From a virus (lineage: Duplodnaviria > Caudoviricetes), in IMG/VR virus record IMGVR_UViG_3300020403_000020, positions 1 through 48,090 of that record: DNA of 48,090 nt; one strand, given 5' to 3'. Positions 43,579-48,090 of this stretch are shown here, in pieces (position 1 is the first letter of the stretch; each line of letters begins with the position of its first letter). Under the pieces are notes generated by a model. The model was not told the DNA's origin. It saw only the letters and a list, made by a program, of their open reading frames with translations, and did not search any database. Both the position numbers and the translations under genes were made by a program.

Positions 43579-43594
43579 TTTTCCGCTCGGAAAA
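43579..43594. promoter_or_regulatory. Palindromic operator-like site TTTTCCG-CT-CGGAAAA
   Basis: In the divergent intergenic region between the ssb operon and the replication operon; same as 22173-22190. Confidence 0.65.
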
Positions 43595-43638
43595 CTTTTG
43601 TATTGATTGTCAACCCTCCGCGGTGTAAGTGTAGGGCA

Positions 43639-44463
43639 ATGGACCACATAAACCCACAAAAATCTTTGTGCCTGTTCTTGTTACGCGAGGGAGGTGGTAA
43701 ATGGCTGGCAAGTAAGAGCAGCGGGCCGGTCGTTCCTTTGATGCTTGCGATGTGCCAAATGGCAGATGCGCACAATGTGGTCGAATGTAGTCAGTCAGAC
43801 ATTGCTGATTGCCTTGGCTATTCAATCGCCACAGTGAAACGGTGTATGAAATTCTTTTTGGATTATGAGCTAATTAGACGCGTAAGGCGCGGCGTTTATG
43901 TTTTAGCATCTTACGAAAGTCTGACGCAAAAGTATCATGGTGATACCCTTGGCGGTGAAAAGTATCATGGTGATACCCTGGAATCCGTAAAGTATCACAG
44001 TGATACCTTTGGCAGCTCTGAGGCGTCAGAATCGGCTGGGGATACATATATAAAAGAACTAACTGCTAAAGCAGTTAGTAGTGCGCGCACGCATGCGCGT
44101 GCTACTGCCGTCGAAATAAAGCAACAAAAAATCGCAAAGCTCGAAGAAATAATTTCCCGCAACATCGGCCCGAATGTTTGGAATCAGAGCACAAGCTGGC
44201 ATGAGTTGCTTGATCGCGCTGGTTGGGATTTGGAAGTAATCGCGGACGCGGTGGTAGCGTATGCTGACAAGGTGACAGGTGCGGGGCATGATCACAGGTT
44301 CTCTAGGCTCTACAATTTTGTCGTGCGTCAAGTAGAGGGCAAGCGCAAGCGGGAAGCGGGCACAACGTCGCCGCCGTCGTATTCTCGCAACATTCAGGAC
44401 ACGGGCGGCGAAAGATTAACGGAGATAGAAATGCAGGAATTGCGGAGGTTCATGCGTGTTTGA
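43639..44463 (+). CDS. Replication initiator (lambda O-like organisation, N-terminal wHTH)
   Basis: SQSDIADCLGYSIATVKRCMKFF HTH; internal DNA repeats; directly upstream of DnaB. Confidence 0.75.
   Translation: MDHINPQKSLCLFLLREGGGKWLASKSSGPVVPLMLAMCQMADAHNVVECSQSDIADCLGYSIATVKRCMKFFLDYELIRRVRRGVYVLASYESLTQKYHGDTLGGEKYHGDTLESVKYHSDTFGSSEASESAGDTYIKELTAKAVSSARTHARATAVEIKQQKIAKLEEIISRNIGPNVWNQSTSWHELLDRAGWDLEVIADAVVAYADKVTGAGHDHRFSRLYNFVVRQVEGKRKREAGTTSPPSYSRNIQDTGGERLTEIEMQELRRFMRV
43929..44007. repeat. Three iterons at 30-bp spacing: probable replication origin
   Basis: AAAGTATCA(TGG/TGG/CAG)TGATACC at about 43929, 43959 and 43989; each holds the palindrome GTATCA-N3-TGATAC. Confidence 0.8.
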
Positions 44464-45763
44464 ATTATCAAAGACAGATAGCAGGGAAGAAGAGCGGTCA
44501 TTGATAGGCGCGGCATTGATGTCGAATCGCGTCGTAGATGATTGCAGTATGTTTTTACAGCCGTCTGATTTTCAGGAAACGGCACTAGGTCAGATATGGT
44601 CTAAGATGATGGCAGCGCGTGCGGATGGTAAGCCGACCAAATTCAGCCAGCTCGTGGCCGATGGTTCAGACGGCTCAACGCTTGAAGCGTGTCAAAACAT
44701 GGTAGCCAGTGCGCTTGGTTTTGAGAGTTACGCCAAACGGATTTCAGAGGCAGCGCAACGGCGCCGAGTGGTCAGTGCGTGCATGCAAATCATTAGTCAT
44801 TGCCAAGAGTCGCCAGATTCTGAAGAGTTCAAGGGCGAAGTGTTTGACTGTTTGATTGATAGCTTTGGGTCATCACATGCAGACGCTGACACGTTCACCA
44901 TTCAAGAAAGCGCGCTAAAGGCGCTAGAGACTGCAATAGCGGCTTTTGAAAATGGCGGCGACGTTTCAGGGCAGGGCATAGGCTTGCGCAGTGTAGACGA
45001 AAAAACGAGCGGGCTGCATCCTGGCGAGCTAGTCATCTTGGCGGCGCGTCCAGGCATGGGTAAAACTACGTTTGCGCTCAACATTGCGAGGTCCGTTTCA
45101 TCTGTGGCGCAGGTTGCATTCTTCTCGCTCGAAATGCCTTATGCGCAACTTGGCGGTAAGCTCTTATCAGCAGAAATCGGACTTGACTCTCAAGACCTTC
45201 GGCGCGGGCGCATCGGTCGACGGGTCTCCGATTTGAAACAGGCGGTGGAGAATTTCAAGTCTTTGGGGCTTACGGTCTTCGATAAGGGCAATGTTACACT
45301 GGGATATATGCGGAGCAAGCTGCACCAGCTTGAAGCGCGTACAGGCAAAAAGACGGCGCTTGTGATTGTTGACTATCTGCAACTGATGAGCGGTGGCGGC
45401 AAACAGGAAAACCGAGTGCAGGAGGTAAGCAAGATTTCGCGCGGACTGAAGTTGCTTGCCCGCGATTTTCAGTGCCCAGTTATAGCCCTGTCACAGCTCA
45501 ATCGCTCAGTTGAGTCACGCACGGACAAGCGGCCAATGATGTCTGATCTGCGTGAGTCGGGCAGCATCGAGCAGGATGCCGACTTGGTTTGGTTTTTATA
45601 TCGTGACGACTATTACAACAGAGACGCGCCGAAAGGCGTTTCAGAGTTGATTTTGTCTAAGCAGAGAAACGGCCCAATCTGCACGATTCCCTTAATGTTT
45701 GAGGGGCGATTGTCACAGTTCACGGAATACACGGGCCCAGGAGAGTTTGATCAATGGCATTAA
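44456..45763 (+). CDS. dnaB: Replicative DNA helicase
   Basis: ILAARPGMGKT, FSLEM, IVDYLQLM, LSQLNR, DLRESGSIEQDAD, KQRNG. Confidence 0.96.
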   Translation: MFELSKTDSREEERSLIGAALMSNRVVDDCSMFLQPSDFQETALGQIWSKMMAARADGKPTKFSQLVADGSDGSTLEACQNMVASALGFESYAKRISEAAQRRRVVSACMQIISHCQESPDSEEFKGEVFDCLIDSFGSSHADADTFTIQESALKALETAIAAFENGGDVSGQGIGLRSVDEKTSGLHPGELVILAARPGMGKTTFALNIARSVSSVAQVAFFSLEMPYAQLGGKLLSAEIGLDSQDLRRGRIGRRVSDLKQAVENFKSLGLTVFDKGNVTLGYMRSKLHQLEARTGKKTALVIVDYLQLMSGGGKQENRVQEVSKISRGLKLLARDFQCPVIALSQLNRSVESRTDKRPMMSDLRESGSIEQDADLVWFLYRDDYYNRDAPKGVSELILSKQRNGPICTIPLMFEGRLSQFTEYTGPGEFDQWH

Positions 45764-45960
45764 TACAACCGAAACAAATCAAAGAGGCGGTGCTAACGCT
45801 CACAAAGGAGTTAGGCAGGGCACCGACCTATCACGACGTAGAAAACTATTTCGGGCTTAAGTCGCCGCAGCATGCTCGGTATTACATCAAGAAAGCGGTC
45901 GAGGCTGGATTGATTAAGATAGACGCAGAGCGGCAGCCCTACTGGCTGGAGGCTGTCTGA
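45754..45960 (+). CDS. LexA-type DNA-binding (winged HTH) small protein
   Basis: GRAPTYHDVENYFGLKSPQHARYYIKKAVEAGLI resembles the LexA N-domain; no protease domain. Confidence 0.7.
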   Translation: MALIQPKQIKEAVLTLTKELGRAPTYHDVENYFGLKSPQHARYYIKKAVEAGLIKIDAERQPYWLEAV

Positions 45961-46310
45961 TGGGTTCCTTATCAAGACGAAAGGGCGCAGCGAATGAACG
46001 ACGTTTGGCCAAGATGTTTGCGGAAGTCATGCCAGGGGCTGACGTGCACCGCGGGCTACAATACCAAAACAGATTTGCGCGCGAAAAGGTGCCAGACGTT
46101 GAATGCCCTGTTTTCTGGGTTGAAGCAAAGGTTGGCAAGAAACCAAATCCACGAGCAGCAATGAGTCAGGCACGCGAAGACGCAGCAAAGGGGAAAATTC
46201 CGATTGCTGTTATTCGTGACGACGGTGCGCCAGGCGATGAATTTGTGTGCATTGGGCTGGCTGACTTTTTGGACTTTGTTGGCGAATGGTGGGAAAGGGG
46301 GTCAAGGTGA
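45960..46310 (+). CDS. PD-(D/E)xK nuclease, Holliday junction resolvase-like
   Basis: SRRKGAANER...PDV...WVEAK. Confidence 0.75.
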   Translation: MGSLSRRKGAANERRLAKMFAEVMPGADVHRGLQYQNRFAREKVPDVECPVFWVEAKVGKKPNPRAAMSQAREDAAKGKIPIAVIRDDGAPGDEFVCIGLADFLDFVGEWWERGSR

Positions 46311-47443
46311 CGGGCGAAGATTCAAAGGTGCAAGACGTTTGGCACCTGTCTGAAAAAGACATAAAGCGTCTTAAATCCGCAAAGGTGATTTTGTCAATGT
46401 CGGGCGGCAAGGATTCGACCGCGTGCGCGCTTTTGCTTGAGCGCCACGGAATTGATTTTGAGAGTGTTTTTATGGATACAGGGTGGGAGCATCCGGCCAT
46501 CTTCAAATATATTTCGGATGTGCTTGAACCCAGATTTGGCAAGTTGACGGTTTTAAAAAACGATAAATTTGAGAGAGGTATGGTTGATGCCATTGAACAT
46601 TATGGCTATTTCCCGAGCCGACTTGTGCGGTATTGCACGGGTAGTCTCAAGGTTGAACCATCTTTAAAACACATTCGTGAAATTGATGATGACGTGATTA
46701 CAGTGATTGGTATTCGTCGAGGCGAAAGCCAGTCAAGAAGCTCGGCTGCTCGGTGGGACTATGACGCAGCGTCGCAGTGCGACGTTTTCCGCCCGTTGGT
46801 TGACCATTCGTTTGATGATGTCATTCAAATGCACCAAGAGGGAAACATTGAGCCCAATCCGCTTTACTTGCAAGGGTTCAATCGGGTCGGGTGTTTTCCG
46901 TGTATCTTTGCAAAAAAAGACGAGATTGCGAGAATTGCCAAGCTGTGGCCAGAACGCATCGAGCAAATTGATAATTTGGAAAAGTCGGTAACGAAAAGAA
47001 ATTATCAAAGATATGAGGATGATTTAGAGTTTCAGGAGAAAACGAGGAAACAAATCTATGAGAACATTGCCTTTCGAAATAAGCTGGAGCCGCTAAATAT
47101 TGATCGAGTTTCTCTGTACAAACACAAGAAAGGCCGAAAGTTGTTCATTGGGAAAGTTGAGACGATATTCAACGAGGAGATCGCTAGGCTCAAGGAAGAG
47201 GGTGAAAGTACGAAAGCCTTTCAAGACGAAAAGCGGCGCGTTTTGTTACAAACGTTCTTCATGCATCGGGCGAGTAAAAACATAACAATCAGAGAGGCGG
47301 TCGAATGGTCGAAAACGTCCAGGGGCGGCAAGCAGATGCAAATGTTTGACCTAACGGCAAAAGACGGATGTCTACGGTGGGGTATGTGTGATTCACCTCT
47401 GGCAAACGAAGAGCTTTTGAAAATACAAGAGCCAAAAAAATGA
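46286..47443 (+). CDS. PAPS reductase family (PP-loop) protein
   Basis: SMSGGKDS, FMDTGWE, GIRRGESQSR, NPLYLQGFNRVGCFPC; an alternative GTG start exists at 46307. Confidence 0.88.
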   Translation: MVGKGVKVTGEDSKVQDVWHLSEKDIKRLKSAKVILSMSGGKDSTACALLLERHGIDFESVFMDTGWEHPAIFKYISDVLEPRFGKLTVLKNDKFERGMVDAIEHYGYFPSRLVRYCTGSLKVEPSLKHIREIDDDVITVIGIRRGESQSRSSAARWDYDAASQCDVFRPLVDHSFDDVIQMHQEGNIEPNPLYLQGFNRVGCFPCIFAKKDEIARIAKLWPERIEQIDNLEKSVTKRNYQRYEDDLEFQEKTRKQIYENIAFRNKLEPLNIDRVSLYKHKKGRKLFIGKVETIFNEEIARLKEEGESTKAFQDEKRRVLLQTFFMHRASKNITIREAVEWSKTSRGGKQMQMFDLTAKDGCLRWGMCDSPLANEELLKIQEPKK

Positions 47444-47559
47444 ACATATACGACGAGCCGCAAGGCTTAAGCACTGGCCCGATTTGGTTCTGGCTTATCA
47501 CATGCATGATTGCGTTGTTTTTAATGTCCGTGGCCGAGTGGTGGAATAATCGCAGATGA
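47440..47559 (+). CDS. Small membrane protein (39 aa), not in the ORF track
   Basis: MNIYDEPQGLSTGPIWFWLITCMIALFLMSVAEWWNNRR; ATGA overlaps at both ends. Confidence 0.65.
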   Translation: MNIYDEPQGLSTGPIWFWLITCMIALFLMSVAEWWNNRR

Positions 47560-48086
47560 ACGACTGGCAGACTATTCACAGCAGCAAGCGGCACGATTGG
47601 CAGACACCGCAGGAACTTTTTGAATCCCTTGATCAAGTGTTCCGCTTTCAGCTCGACGCAGCGGCCAGCGCAGAAAATAAGAAGTGCCAACGGTATTTTT
47701 CGACAAGGCCGCTGTCGAATGCGTTTGATCATTCGTGGAATGTTGGCGGCTGGGTGTGGGTTAATCCTCCCTACGGCAAGCAGGTCGGGCGGTGGTTTGA
47801 TAAGGCAATTTCAGAAAGTGAAAAGGGCGCGCGTATTGTCATGATGTGCATGGCGTGCACAGAAACAAAGTGGTTTCAATCCGCTTGGAATCATTGCGCC
47901 GAAATATGGTTGCTAACGCCGCGCGTCAAGTTCGTGCAGCCAGGAGAAAAAACAGGGCCAGCGCCAAAGGGCTCTGCATTGTATATCTTTGACCGTGTAC
48001 ACGTTCCGCGCGTGGTCAGGATGTTTAATTGGAAGCGGGGCGAATGGACAGGCAACGCGGAAGTGTTGCGGAAGTTTGGAGAGTAA
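47556..48086 (+). CDS. Phage-type DNA N6-adenine methyltransferase
   Basis: DWQTPQELF...LDAAAS...WVNPPYG...TETKWF. Confidence 0.9.
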   Translation: MNDWQTIHSSKRHDWQTPQELFESLDQVFRFQLDAAASAENKKCQRYFSTRPLSNAFDHSWNVGGWVWVNPPYGKQVGRWFDKAISESEKGARIVMMCMACTETKWFQSAWNHCAEIWLLTPRVKFVQPGEKTGPAPKGSALYIFDRVHVPRVVRMFNWKRGEWTGNAEVLRKFGE

Positions 48087-48090
48087 GATG

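Noticed and set aside
1-48090. Stop-codon reassignment
   Set aside because: Conserved genes are full length in the standard code and TAA, TAG and TGA all end genes; the only split gene is explained by the -1 frameshift

Overview
The window reads as the complete, circularly closed genome (48,090 bp) of a tailed dsDNA phage. The last three bases (ATG, behind a GGAG ribosome site) run in frame into base 1 and complete a lytic transglycosylase gene. A tape measure, a lambda G/GT-type -1 frameshifted tail chaperone and no recognisable sheath suggest a siphovirus. The head module is Mu-like: portal, protease-scaffold, decoration, major capsid and gpF-like protein. Replication is lambdoid: an initiator with internal iterons, DnaB, SSB, YqaJ exonuclease, ERF and a resolvase. 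There are three DNA methyltransferases, a PAPS-reductase-family gene, a sulfotransferase, a metallophosphoesterase, an M15 endolysin and holin/spanin-like genes. I found no integrase, DNA polymerase, tRNA or CRISPR array. The most unusual signals are: (1) four promoter-gene-hairpin units built from two duplicated promoter/leader types and an identical 18-nt C(UUCG)G hairpin; (2) an 817-aa head protease-scaffold with three extra N-terminal domains, an E-L-x-R/K-like motif at the domain boundaries and nested in-frame starts, suggesting a self-processing cargo polyprotein; (3) a candidate ~80-nt antisense RNA over the ERF leader next to a palindrome found three times; (4) apparently leaderless first genes of structural blocks, against AACGGAG-led early genes; (5) a scrambled module order. 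All product calls come from motif recognition by eye, with no database searches.
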